A program made the translations under genes and the position numbers. From assembly GCA_902524895.1 (NCBI GenBank), contig CABZFH010000002.1, positions 140,976 to 204,975 of the forward strand: 64,000 bases of DNA, written 5' to 3'. Position 1 is the first letter of the stretch, and each line of letters starts with the position of its first letter. This stretch comes from an uncultured Alphaproteobacteria bacterium (GTDB lineage Bacteria; Pseudomonadota; Alphaproteobacteria; Methylaequorales; Methylaequoraceae). The notes beneath the pieces were generated by a model that saw only the letters and a list, made by a program, of their open reading frames with translations, was not told the DNA's origin and did no database searches. Below are positions 1-9,632 of the stretch, one piece after another.

Positions 1-329
1 CTGAATCTGAAGAGATTGAAGAAATGGCTAAAACTGGCTCAACAATGGCCATACATTTATCTATTCAAAATCTTGATTATTTAGTAAAAAAACTTATACC
101 CTATTATGGTGAAGATTGTCCTGTAAGTGTTCTTTATAAAGTGAGTCTACCTGAACAAAAGATATATACTGGAACTTTAAAGAACATAGAGAGTTTAATC
201 CCAAAATCTATAAAAAGAACAACATTAATTATTGTGGGGAAAGTATTAGAATCTAATGACTTTATTGATAGCAGTTTATATTCCAAACATTATCAAAGAA
301 GGTTTAAAAAAAAAACTACTGATGAATAA
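1..329 (+). CDS. cobM: Precorrin-4 C11-methyltransferase, 3' part (5'-truncated by window edge)
   Basis: Frame open from base 3 (ESEEIEEMAKTGSTMAIHLS...YYGEDCPV...TTLIIVG...SSLYS), matching the CobM C-terminal half; directly upstream of cobB. Confidence 0.9.
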   Translation, partial: ESEEIEEMAKTGSTMAIHLSIQNLDYLVKKLIPYYGEDCPVSVLYKVSLPEQKIYTGTLKNIESLIPKSIKRTTLIIVGKVLESNDFIDSSLYSKHYQRRFKKKTTDE

Positions 330-1635
330 AATGATTGACGTTCCAGGTTTAACTATTTCCGCTCCAAGTTCTGGTTCCGGAAAAACCACATTTACATTAG
401 GTTTACTTAGAGTATTTAAAAATAAAGGTCTTAAAGTTCAACCATATAAAAATGGACCTGATTATATTGATCCAACTTTTCACGAATTTGCATCTGGAAG
501 ACAGTCCTACAATCTCGATACTTGGGGAATGAATGAGGGAATGGTTAAAAATAATATTCATATTGCTCAAAGTGCCGATTTGATAATAAACGAAGGATCA
601 ATGGGTTTGTACGATGGAGTTTCACATAAAGGGGCAATGGGTTATGGATCAACCGCTGAAATTGCAAAAAAGTTTGGATGGCCAATTATTTTAGTTATTG
701 ATACTTCTGGTCAAGCTCAATCTGCTGGTGCAACTGCTATGGGTTTTGCAAAATATCAAAATATCCCTTTTGGGGGAGTTATTTTAAATAATGTAGCTAG
801 TTTGCGTCACGAAAGACTTATAAAAATAGGAATGAAAAACTCTGGAGTACGAGTCCTCGGGAGCCTGCCGAGACAAAAAGAAATTTCGATGCCTGAGAGG
901 CATTTAGGACTTGTGCAAGTGAATGAGCAAGAGCAATTAGAAGAAAAAATAAAGACATTCGCAAATTTAGTTGAAAATAATACGGAGGTGTTAGAAATAT
1001 ATAAGTTAGCAAGAAACAGAAGTTTTCCTATAAAAAAAAATAAGCAGTCGAAACCTCCTGGTCAGAGGATTGCTGTAGCGAAAGATGAAGCTTTTTCTTT
1101 TATATATCCTCATGTTATTAATGAGTGGAGGGAACAAGGTGCAGAAATAATTAACTTTTCTCCATTAAATAATGAATCTCCTGAAAAAAATGCAGATTTT
1201 ATTTGGTTTCCTGGAGGATATCCAGAATTGCATCTTAAAAAAATTTCAAATGCTCACAATACAAAAAAAAGTTTAAAGAAACTTTCGAAAAAAGTGAGGA
1301 TCCATGGTGAATGTGGCGGATATATGGTTCTAGGTAGAGGGTTAGTTGATCAAAAAGGAAAATTTCACGAAATGTTTGGTTTATTAGGGCTCGTTACGTC
1401 ATTTGAAAAAAAGAAACTTCACCTAGGTTATAGATTAGCTAAACCTAAATACAATAGTATTAATAAATCAAAAAGTCTAAGAGGGCACGAATTTCACTAT
1501 TCAACTATCCTAGACCAGCCAGATAATGAACTATACGAGGTTTTTGATGCGAATAACATTAAAGTCAATGAGACAGGTTCTTTTAGAAATAAAGTTAGCG
1601 GAACTTTCTTTCATTATTTAAGTGAGTGTAAATAA
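322..1635 (+). CDS. cobB: Hydrogenobyrinate/cobyrinate a,c-diamide synthase
   Basis: P-loop SSGSGKTT, KNGPDYID, EGSMGLYDG, ERHLGL, GGYPELH, GECGGY, GHEFHYS. Start moved to ATG 322, which overlaps the cobM stop (331 also possible). Confidence 0.95.
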   Translation: MNKMIDVPGLTISAPSSGSGKTTFTLGLLRVFKNKGLKVQPYKNGPDYIDPTFHEFASGRQSYNLDTWGMNEGMVKNNIHIAQSADLIINEGSMGLYDGVSHKGAMGYGSTAEIAKKFGWPIILVIDTSGQAQSAGATAMGFAKYQNIPFGGVILNNVASLRHERLIKIGMKNSGVRVLGSLPRQKEISMPERHLGLVQVNEQEQLEEKIKTFANLVENNTEVLEIYKLARNRSFPIKKNKQSKPPGQRIAVAKDEAFSFIYPHVINEWREQGAEIINFSPLNNESPEKNADFIWFPGGYPELHLKKISNAHNTKKSLKKLSKKVRIHGECGGYMVLGRGLVDQKGKFHEMFGLLGLVTSFEKKKLHLGYRLAKPKYNSINKSKSLRGHEFHYSTILDQPDNELYEVFDANNIKVNETGSFRNKVSGTFFHYLSECK

Positions 1636-2381
1636 TGAAGAGTTTTGTAAGTTTTGTAAGTTCAGGACCAGGAGATCCGGATTTATTGACTATTAAAGCT
1701 TTAAAGAGAATAAAATCTGCTAATGTGATATTGTATGATGACCTTTCTTCTGGTTCAATCTTAGATTTAGTTGGCAAAAAAACAGACCTCATAAGCGTTG
1801 GAAAAAGAGCGGGATATAAATCTCCTAAACAAGACGAAGTGTCAAAACTTTTAGTAGAATATGCCAAGAGTGGAAATAGAGTCGTAAGATTAAAATCAGG
1901 AGATTGTAGTATTTTTGGAAGACTTGAGGAAGAAATATTAGCGCTCAAAAAAGCAGATATAGAGTATGAAATTATTCCTGGTGTATCGTCAATTTTTGCA
2001 GCGATGGCAGAGGCAGGAATTTCACTGACAAGAAGAAAAGAATCTAGAAAAGTACAATTTATAACTGGTCACGACCTAGATGGAAACTTCCCTAAAAATT
2101 TAAAAAACAAAAGCTTATCTGATAAAAATACTACTACAGTAGTTTTTATGGCTAAAAAGAATTATTCTGTTTTATTAAATTTTTTAATTTGTGAAGGCTT
2201 ATCAAAATCTACTCCGGCAATAGTTGCGGTATCTGTTTCTAAGGCAAGTCAAAAAATTTATAAAACGACTATAGAAAAAGCTAAAGACTTTTTAATAAAA
2301 GAAAATGTAAAAAATTCACCAACGCTAATTATTTATGGGCCACTGGATATTTCTTCAATAAAATACGATGAGAATTCATGA
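1635..2381 (+). CDS. cobA: Uroporphyrinogen-III C-methyltransferase (SUMT)
   Basis: GPGDPDLLT, YDDL, VGKRAG, RLKSGD..FGR, IIPGVSS motifs. Confidence 0.92.
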   Translation: MKSFVSFVSSGPGDPDLLTIKALKRIKSANVILYDDLSSGSILDLVGKKTDLISVGKRAGYKSPKQDEVSKLLVEYAKSGNRVVRLKSGDCSIFGRLEEEILALKKADIEYEIIPGVSSIFAAMAEAGISLTRRKESRKVQFITGHDLDGNFPKNLKNKSLSDKNTTTVVFMAKKNYSVLLNFLICEGLSKSTPAIVAVSVSKASQKIYKTTIEKAKDFLIKENVKNSPTLIIYGPLDISSIKYDENS

Positions 2382-3118
2382 TAAAATTTTTTTTAATAGG
2401 TATGGGCACAGGTAATCCGGAACATTTAACTATGGAAGGAATAAAAACTTTAAAAAAAATGGATTTAATTTTATTACCTAAGAAAAATAAGCAGAAAAAA
2501 GAATTGTTAAATATTAGAAAGCATATATGTAAAACAATATTAAAAAAAAAAACTATTATTAAAGAATATAATATTCCAAGTAGAAGACAAAAAAAAAATT
2601 ATAAAGAGTCAGTCAATATTTGGCATCAAAAAATATCAGAAAATATTTTTAAAATAATAAAAAAAAATCATTCAGAAAAAAATAAATTAGGATTTTTGAT
2701 TTGGGGTGACCCAGCTCTATACGATAGTACTTTGAGGATTATTTCTAATTTGAAAATCAAATATAAATTAAAAATCATATCTGGTATCAGTTCAATTCAA
2801 GCATTAACATCTGCTCATTCAATAAGTTTAAACGAAATTGGTGAGTCTGTGTTAGTTACAACTGGAAGAAAATTAAAAGGAGAAATGTTTAAAAATAGTA
2901 AGAGTGTTTTGGTATTTTTAGATGGTGAATATTCATTTAAGTTTTTAGATTTAAAACATTATTACATTTGGTGGGGAGCATATTTAGGTATGAAGAAGCA
3001 AATATTGATTAAAGGAAGATTGAGTGAAGTATACAAAAAAATAATTTCTAGAAAAAAAAAAGCTCAAACTGTAAATGGTTGGATAATGGATACCTATTTA
3101 TTAAAAAAAATTGATTAG
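2378..3118 (+). CDS. cobF: Precorrin-6A synthase (deacetylating)
   Basis: IGMGTGNPEHLT, LIWGDPALYDST, WWGAYLG, GWIMDTYLL are CobF-typical; marks the aerobic pathway. Confidence 0.92.
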   Translation: MIKFFLIGMGTGNPEHLTMEGIKTLKKMDLILLPKKNKQKKELLNIRKHICKTILKKKTIIKEYNIPSRRQKKNYKESVNIWHQKISENIFKIIKKNHSEKNKLGFLIWGDPALYDSTLRIISNLKIKYKLKIISGISSIQALTSAHSISLNEIGESVLVTTGRKLKGEMFKNSKSVLVFLDGEYSFKFLDLKHYYIWWGAYLGMKKQILIKGRLSEVYKKIISRKKKAQTVNGWIMDTYLLKKID

Positions 3119-3453
3119 ATTAGCCCCTGCTTCTGAATAAATTTGATTGATTACCGCTTTACCATTTCTAAAATTTTGAACCATTTAAGCTGTAATTTCT
3201 TTAGAAAGCGTTTACTGATTGACACATATTCCGTGGTTGCCAGCAAATACTATTGTTTGCATAGATCTAATTGTTGGTCTAACAACATCTCTTCAGTCAC
3301 AGGAAAAATAGCTAAGTCTTCTAAAATACCTAACAAATTTTTTGGCTTTAGTAGTTCATTCTGACGCTTATTAGCTTTTTTTATTTCTTTGTTTTGAATG
3401 GATAAAGTATTTATAGTACTTAATATTTCTGTGTATGATTTTATTTGTTTCAA
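3119..3453 (-). pseudogene. cobT: Decayed, truncated nicotinate-nucleotide--dimethylbenzimidazole phosphoribosyltransferase
   Basis: RQNELLKPKNLLGILEDLAI (cf. RQxxLTKPxGSLGxLExLA), then after a frameshift IVFAGNHGI..*..EITA*MVQNFRNGKAVINQ with stops at 3212-3214 and 3185-3187; ends at the cobF stop after about 110 codons. Confidence 0.88.
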
Positions 3454-3455
3454 TT

Positions 3456-3965
3456 TTATCCCTTTATCTTTGTTGGAATACCGCAAACAACAAAATAAAC
3501 CTGATCACAAACTGAGGCAAGAATTTGATTTGTAGTCCCGGAAGCATCTTGAAATTCTCTTGATAACTTGTTCATTGATATAATTCCTGAGCCAACCTCA
3601 TTAGTTACCAATATTAAAGGTTGATTATAAGTTGATATAAATTTAGATAACTTTTGGACTTCAATTTTCCAATTTTTTTTCTCATAAAAAATATTATTTA
3701 ACCAAATAGTAATACAATCAACTAGTACTGGTGATTTTTTATCAATCTTCTTCAATGTATCAATTAAATTTATTTCTGCCTCAAATTCATACCATGAGTT
3801 TTTTCTTCTCTTTTTGTGAATTATTATTCTATTATTGATCTCCTCATCAATATTTTTTGCAGTCGCAACATATGATGGTTTTTTACCAAAAGATAGAGAT
3901 AGTTTTTCTGCAAAAATACTTTTTCCAGACCGGCTTCCACCGGTAATTAATATATTTCTATTCAT
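3456..3965 (-). CDS. cobU: Adenosylcobinamide kinase / cobinamide-phosphate guanylyltransferase (CobU/CobP)
   Basis: ITGGSRSGKSIFAE, YVATA, RIIIHKKRR, LVDCITIWL, VTNEVGSG, VVCGIP. Confidence 0.95.
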   Translation of the reverse strand: MNRNILITGGSRSGKSIFAEKLSLSFGKKPSYVATAKNIDEEINNRIIIHKKRRKNSWYEFEAEINLIDTLKKIDKKSPVLVDCITIWLNNIFYEKKNWKIEVQKLSKFISTYNQPLILVTNEVGSGIISMNKLSREFQDASGTTNQILASVCDQVYFVVCGIPTKIKG

Positions 3966-4019
3966 AAAAAAAATTATAGTATACTATTTTAAAATAACTT
4001 ATGTATAATAAATTATTAA

Positions 4020-4676
4020 TTGAACCTTATTACCCAATCGAATATGAATAATTTATCTTTTTTATTTATTGTATTGATCCTTCCAAAAGATGTGTTTGCT
4101 CATCATCCTCTCAATGGTGAGATTATGGAAAATTTTAATGATGGCTTTCTATCAGGTATTGGACATCCTATTTTAGGTTTGGATCATCTTTTATTTATTA
4201 TTGGAGTTGGTCTAATCTCGTTTTTATCCAAAAGATTCTTGAACTTTTCATTCACATTCATTGGTGGAACTATTTTGGGCCTAGTGTCAATGATTTGGGG
4301 TCTTTACTTACCCTTTTATGAAATTATGATCTCCTTTACCTTATTATTACTAGGTTACTTGATTCTAGCTAGAAGACAGATTAGGTATAATGGCTTATTA
4401 TTTACATTATTTGGTGTTTTTCATGGTTGGGCTTACGGAGCAATATTTTCTAATGATATAAAATTAAATATTGATGTTTTATTTGGATATTCATTAGGTT
4501 TGTTATTAACACAATTAACTATTGTAATTTTGGGTTTCAAACTTTTCAGCTATTTAAATCGCTTCAAATCAAATAATTTTTCGGTGGTTCCGGTTTTTAG
4601 TGGAATGATTATAGGCGTTGCTAGCGTAAGTTTATTTGAAATTTTTGAAAGTAGTATACTTTATATATTTAATTAA
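4020..4676 (+). CDS. hupE: HupE/UreJ family Co/Ni transporter
   Basis: Signal peptide ending AHH, SGIGHPILGLDHL, FGVFHGWAYG; cob-cluster context suggests cobalt. Confidence 0.88.
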   Translation: MNLITQSNMNNLSFLFIVLILPKDVFAHHPLNGEIMENFNDGFLSGIGHPILGLDHLLFIIGVGLISFLSKRFLNFSFTFIGGTILGLVSMIWGLYLPFYEIMISFTLLLLGYLILARRQIRYNGLLFTLFGVFHGWAYGAIFSNDIKLNIDVLFGYSLGLLLTQLTIVILGFKLFSYLNRFKSNNFSVVPVFSGMIIGVASVSLFEIFESSILYIFN

Positions 4677-4681
4677 GGTTA

Positions 4682-5264
4682 ATGAAAAAAATCGGTTTAA
4701 ATAACGAAATAGTATTTTTAAGACATTTTAAAATAATTGAAGATGAAAAACTCTTTGGGATTAAAGATGTAACCGCTTCAAAAGTCAGTGTAAAAAAAAA
4801 CTTTCCTTTAAAATTATCTCAAAGGTTTAGTTAATCACTTTGTTAGTCAATCTTTAAGATGTATACAAACTCAAAAAATGATTTGGCCTGAAAAGAAATT
4901 TGAGAGAGATAAAAAACCTATTGAGCAAAATTTTGGAGACTTGGAGAGTCAATCTTATTCAAATATTCCTGATATTGGATTTTTAAAAAACGATAACCTA
5001 TTCAAATTTGAGCCCCTAAAAGGTGAAAGTCACAAAGAGCTTTATGAAAGGGTAACGTTTGCTATATTATGTATTGCAAAAAAATCTCGAAATAAAGGCT
5101 CTGCAGTTATTGCGCATGCAAAAACAATAAGATATGCGATTGGCCTTACATTAAAACCACACCGGGATTGTTTAGACAACAATATTAAGAACTTATCAAT
5201 CACAAATAAGTATCAGCAGGATGACAATTTTTTACTAGTAAATAACGATTTTAATAAAATATAA
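4682..5264 (+). pseudogene. cobC: Frameshifted histidine phosphatase (alpha-ribazole-phosphate phosphatase CobC-like)
   Basis: ATG 4682 gives MKKIGLNNEIVFLRHF (RHG-type motif). Frame changes near 4800-4812 into SQSLRCIQT...EQNFGDLE...GES...IAHAKTIR; motifs degenerate; lies just upstream of cbiB. Confidence 0.72.
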
Positions 5265-5268
5265 ATTA

Positions 5269-6219
5269 ATGGACAATATCTATATTTTGCTATCTGGGCT
5301 ATTACTAGAATTTTTTTTTGATTGGCCAAAATTTTTATATAAGAAAATAAAACATCCTATTGTCTGGATAGGAAGTTTAATTAATTTTTTTGATCATCTA
5401 TTCAATAATTTATCTTACTCATATAATTTGAGAAAATTACTTGGTTTTTTAACTTTATTCCTGTGTATATTTATAAATTTATTTTTTCTTATAATACTGT
5501 CCTATCTTGTAAAATATCAAATTTGTCTTGATGTAATTCATATAATTATTGTGTGGAGTATGCTCTCTTCAAGGTCTTTGTACACACATATTAAAAAAGT
5601 TGAAAATCAATTAAAAAGAAACAATTTGGTTGAAGCAAGAAATTCGCTTTCACATATTGTGGGGAGAGATACAAAAAAAATGAAAAAAAAAGCAATTATT
5701 AGATCTACTTTAGAGAGCCTGTCGGAAAATACCTCCGACGGAATAATAGCACCTATTTTTTGGTATTTTATACTAGGTTTACCTGGTTTAATAACTTATA
5801 AAACAATTAATACTCTTGATTCTATGATTGGATATAAGTCTAAGAAGTACCTTGAATTTGGTTTTGCTTCAGCTAAAATTGATGATCTCTTTAACTTTTT
5901 TCCTTCAAGATTAACTGGATTAATTTTCGTCATATTATCAAACAAACCATTTACGGCTTTAAATGTAATGATGAGAGATGCCTCGAAAATGAGTTCTCCT
6001 AATGCCGGTTGGCCTGAAGCTGCGTTTGCTGGTGCTCTTTCAATTAGACTTGGAGGTCCAAAGTTTTACTTTGGCATAAAAAATAAAGATCAATGGCTAA
6101 ATCCGGAATGTAAAGATCCAGATGAAAAAAAATTAGATGAAGGTATTAAACTTTATATAAAATTTATTTTTTTAATAATTTTTTTTCTTTTAATATTAAT
6201 ACTATTTAAATTAAACTAA
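5269..6219 (+). CDS. cbiB: Adenosylcobinamide-phosphate synthase (CbiB; CobD in P. denitrificans naming)
   Basis: HPIVWIG, IVGRDT, ESLSENTSDGIIAP, YKTINTLDSMIGY, SPNAGWPEAAFAGAL. Confidence 0.95.
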   Translation: MDNIYILLSGLLLEFFFDWPKFLYKKIKHPIVWIGSLINFFDHLFNNLSYSYNLRKLLGFLTLFLCIFINLFFLIILSYLVKYQICLDVIHIIIVWSMLSSRSLYTHIKKVENQLKRNNLVEARNSLSHIVGRDTKKMKKKAIIRSTLESLSENTSDGIIAPIFWYFILGLPGLITYKTINTLDSMIGYKSKKYLEFGFASAKIDDLFNFFPSRLTGLIFVILSNKPFTALNVMMRDASKMSSPNAGWPEAAFAGALSIRLGGPKFYFGIKNKDQWLNPECKDPDEKKLDEGIKLYIKFIFLIIFFLLILILFKLN

Positions 6220-6224
6220 TATTT

Positions 6225-7202
6225 ATGTCAGAACACGGTGGTGATTTAGATAAGGCAATACAGTTTTATGGTGGTAAAAAATGTCAGTGGATCGATCTTT
6301 CGACTGGTATAAACCCTAACCCCTACCCTATTCCGAAACTAAAGATTACAGATTGGCAGAGATTACCGACTTTAGACGAAATAGAAAGTTTAGAATTTTT
6401 AATAAAATCAAAGTTTAAAACTTCCTTAGAGATTGCTCTTGTATCTGGTGCACAAACAGCCATAAATTTCCTTCCATTTTTACTAGATAAAAGAAGCGTA
6501 AATATTTTAGTTCCTACATACAATGAATATCAGTTATGTTTTCAAGATGCTGGGTGGAATGTAAGATTAAGTAAAGAATTTAATCAACTTTTTAGCTCTG
6601 AAGTTGTAATAATAGTTAATCCCAATAATCCAGACGGAAAAACTCATAAAATAAAAGATCTTATTAATTTATCAAAAAGTGTTGATATATTAATCATAGA
6701 TGAAAGTTTTATAGATTTATCGGAAAATAAATCAATAATCAGTGAAATAGATTCTGGTATCAAAAATATAATAGTAATTAGATCTTTAGGTAAATTTTTT
6801 GGCTTAGCGGGTATGAGACTTGGATTTATTCTTTCGAACTCAAAAATTAATAAAAAATTTAAAAGAAATTTAGGCCCCTGGCCCGTTTCAAAAATGTCCA
6901 TAAAAATAGCTGAAAGAGCAATCCAGGATAATATTTGGATCCAAAAAACTAGTATGTATCTCAATAATTGGAGTGTATTATTAGATCAATTAATGGAGGT
7001 CATAAACTGGAAAATAATTGGTGGAACTAATCTATTCAGACTTTATTCTACTCCAAATTCTGATTTAGCACAAAAATTCCTTGCAGAAAGTTATATTTGG
7101 TCTCGTAAGTTTTCATATTCAAAAAAATGGTTGAGACTAGGAATACCATGCATTGAAGATTTTAAAAGGTTAAAGATAATAGTAGAAAGTCTAAAGGTTT
7201 AA
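6225..7202 (+). CDS. cobD: L-threonine-O-3-phosphate decarboxylase (CobD; CobC in P. denitrificans naming)
   Basis: HGG, WIDLSTGINP, VNPNNPDG, IDESF, RSLGKFFGLAGMRLG (PLP lysine), GPW. Confidence 0.92.
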   Translation: MSEHGGDLDKAIQFYGGKKCQWIDLSTGINPNPYPIPKLKITDWQRLPTLDEIESLEFLIKSKFKTSLEIALVSGAQTAINFLPFLLDKRSVNILVPTYNEYQLCFQDAGWNVRLSKEFNQLFSSEVVIIVNPNNPDGKTHKIKDLINLSKSVDILIIDESFIDLSENKSIISEIDSGIKNIIVIRSLGKFFGLAGMRLGFILSNSKINKKFKRNLGPWPVSKMSIKIAERAIQDNIWIQKTSMYLNNWSVLLDQLMEVINWKIIGGTNLFRLYSTPNSDLAQKFLAESYIWSRKFSYSKKWLRLGIPCIEDFKRLKIIVESLKV

Positions 7203-8630
7203 TAACTTTTGCACTTGAATATTTTTACTAATTAAATTAGAGAATTCATCTAAGGCTGAATCTAAATTTTTATCATAATTATAATTAGATTCTATTCCGA
7301 AATTTTTTTTTAGAAAAAAAGAACGAAATTGGTTACTCTTAAACATACCGTGGACATAACTGCCCATTACTAAGCCATCCTTAGAAATAGCACCTTCATA
7401 CCTTCCTTCAATTTTAGAAAAAGGTTTTTTACAATCTGGGCCAATAGTTTCTCCTAAATGGATCTCAAAACCATCAAAAATAAGACCTGATTCTAAATGA
7501 CAGGCTGAAACTTTAATGGTTTTTTTTTCTCTTTGCATATATGTTGAAACGTTTAAAAAACCCAAACCCTTAATTTTTTTTTGTTTACTTTCAATATTAT
7601 TTGGGTCATTAACCTCTTTTCCTAAGATTTGAAAGCCTGCACAAATTCCTAAGATAGGCTTGCCTTTTTTTAGATGGTTTTTCAAGTCCAGATCCCAATT
7701 ATTTTCTTTAATAAAAATAATGTCATCAATTGTCGATTTACTTCCTGGTATAATCACAAAATCTGCATCATTTGGTATTTTCTCTCCACGTTTTAACATT
7801 TGGACAGTAATCCCTGGTTCCTGCGCAAGAGGATCTAAATCATCAAAATTTGATATTCTTGAAAGTTGTAAGCATATTATTTTGAAACTATTTTTTTTTG
7901 TTTTAAATTTAATATCAAAGGAATCTTCTGCTGGGAATCTGTAACATTTGTCGAAATAAGGCAGTACTCCGTAACCATTCCATTGAGTTTTCTTACAAAT
8001 AAAATCATAACCTTCTTTAAATAACGAATAATTTCCTCTAAATTTATTTATAATAAAACCTACAACTAATTTTCTATCTTGGATAGATAATACCTCTTTT
8101 GTACCCACAATTTGTGCTATTACCCCACCTCTATCTATGTCTCCTATTATAATGACAGGAATTTTCGCTTTAGTGGCAAAACCCATATTTGCAATATCGT
8201 TTTTTCTAAGATTAATTTCTGCCGGACTCCCCGCTCCCTCTACTAGCACAAGATCATACTTTTCCTTTAATCTCAAAAAGCTTTGATAAGCTACTTCTAA
8301 TATTTCCTTTTTATAAAGTTTATAATCAATTGCGTCAATTGTTCTAAAAATCTTGCCATTTAAAATTATTTGACACATCGAATTACTTTGTGGTTTCAAA
8401 AGAACTGGATTCATGTCACTGTGAGGTTCAATCCCACAAGAAAATGCCTGAAAAGCCTGAGATCTTCCTATTTCTCCATTATCAATTGTTACAAAAGAAT
8501 TATTTGACATATTTTGAGGTTTAAACGGAGCTACTGATATTTTTTTTTTCCTTGCTAAACGACACAATCCAGCTACAAAAATACTTTTTCCAACATTAGA
8601 ACCTGTACCCTGAAACATTATTGCCTTCAT
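7191..8630 (-). CDS. cobQ: Cobyric acid synthase
   Basis: QGTGSNVGKS, FKPQNMSNN, EGAGSPAEINL, DIDRGG, ISNFDD, GICAGFQ, GSYVHG. Confidence 0.96.
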   Translation of the reverse strand: MKAIMFQGTGSNVGKSIFVAGLCRLARKKKISVAPFKPQNMSNNSFVTIDNGEIGRSQAFQAFSCGIEPHSDMNPVLLKPQSNSMCQIILNGKIFRTIDAIDYKLYKKEILEVAYQSFLRLKEKYDLVLVEGAGSPAEINLRKNDIANMGFATKAKIPVIIIGDIDRGGVIAQIVGTKEVLSIQDRKLVVGFIINKFRGNYSLFKEGYDFICKKTQWNGYGVLPYFDKCYRFPAEDSFDIKFKTKKNSFKIICLQLSRISNFDDLDPLAQEPGITVQMLKRGEKIPNDADFVIIPGSKSTIDDIIFIKENNWDLDLKNHLKKGKPILGICAGFQILGKEVNDPNNIESKQKKIKGLGFLNVSTYMQREKKTIKVSACHLESGLIFDGFEIHLGETIGPDCKKPFSKIEGRYEGAISKDGLVMGSYVHGMFKSNQFRSFFLKKNFGIESNYNYDKNLDSALDEFSNLISKNIQVQKLLNL

Positions 8631-8638
8631 TAAATTAC

Positions 8639-9253
8639 CTAAAATTCAATACCTGGTTGAGCTTTGACACCTTTTTTGAACGGATGCTTTAATAATTTCA
8701 TTTCCGTAACTAAGTCTGCAACACCGATGAGCTTTTTATTGGCTGATCTTCCTGTTAGGACAACATGAGTAAAATATGGTTTATTATCCATTAAAAAATT
8801 TATAACATCATCAATATTTAGGTAACCATACTTTAAAGCAATATTTATTTCATCAAGCAAAATAAATTTAATTTTTGCATCTAAGATTAACTCCTTGGCT
8901 TTCAACCAACCTTTTTGTGCAGATTTGACATCAGTTTCTCTATTTTGTGTATCCCATGTAAAGCCATCTCCTGAAACAAAAAAAGAACATTCCCTAAAGA
9001 ATTTTTTTTTCAATAATTTTTTTTCACCAGTCTGCCAATTACCTTTTATAAACTGAACTACAGCACAAGGAATATTATGTGCTATACATCTCATTATCAT
9101 GCCAAACCCAGAGGAGGACTTTCCTTTTCCATTCCCAGTGTTAACAATAATCAGACCTTTTTTTTTTGTCTTATTTTTCATAATAGAATTTCTAACGGCC
9201 TTTACCTTAGCCATTTTTTCTTTATGAATCTTATTTATATCTTTAAAAACCAT
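8639..9253 (-). CDS. cobO: Cob(I)yrinic acid a,c-diamide adenosyltransferase
   Basis: TGNGKGKSS, QFIKG, GFTW, LLDEIN, VLTGR, HPF..G..AQPGIEF. Confidence 0.96.
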   Translation of the reverse strand: MVFKDINKIHKEKMAKVKAVRNSIMKNKTKKKGLIIVNTGNGKGKSSSGFGMIMRCIAHNIPCAVVQFIKGNWQTGEKKLLKKKFFRECSFFVSGDGFTWDTQNRETDVKSAQKGWLKAKELILDAKIKFILLDEINIALKYGYLNIDDVINFLMDNKPYFTHVVLTGRSANKKLIGVADLVTEMKLLKHPFKKGVKAQPGIEF

Positions 9254-9632
9254 AAAATATTTTAATCAAAATTTATTTTTTAATAAATAAATTAATTTTA
9301 AATAACTTTCCATTAAAAACTAAGGTGTTTGACTTTATAAAATATTTTTGAAGATAATTTTATTAAATTCAAATAAATATAATATATTACATAAAAAACG
9401 TATGAAAAACATAATTAAATTTATAATTATTGTCTATAAAGAGTTCTGAACTTTAAATGTAAAGTTTATAACGCACAATTTTTATAACCATACTTTAGAA
9501 ACTGAGGTAAATAGTTTTTATAAACAATTTTTCTTAATTGAAAACAATATTTTTAATAAAAAAAGAACATATCTCTAAAAATAATAGTAAATTAAATATA
9601 TTGTTCATATTAATTTATTTAACCTTTAATTT

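Noticed and set aside
256-321. N-terminal extension of cobB from ATG 256
   Set aside because: Overlaps cobM by 74 bp with no CobB similarity; ATG 322 or 331 fits the family and translational coupling
3143-3364. 73-aa plus-strand ORF after cobF
   Set aside because: Antisense shadow of the cobT pseudogene with no recognisable motif
9254-9632. Possible cobalamin riboswitch upstream of cobO
   Set aside because: Almost pure A/T; no B12-box or stable GC stems visible
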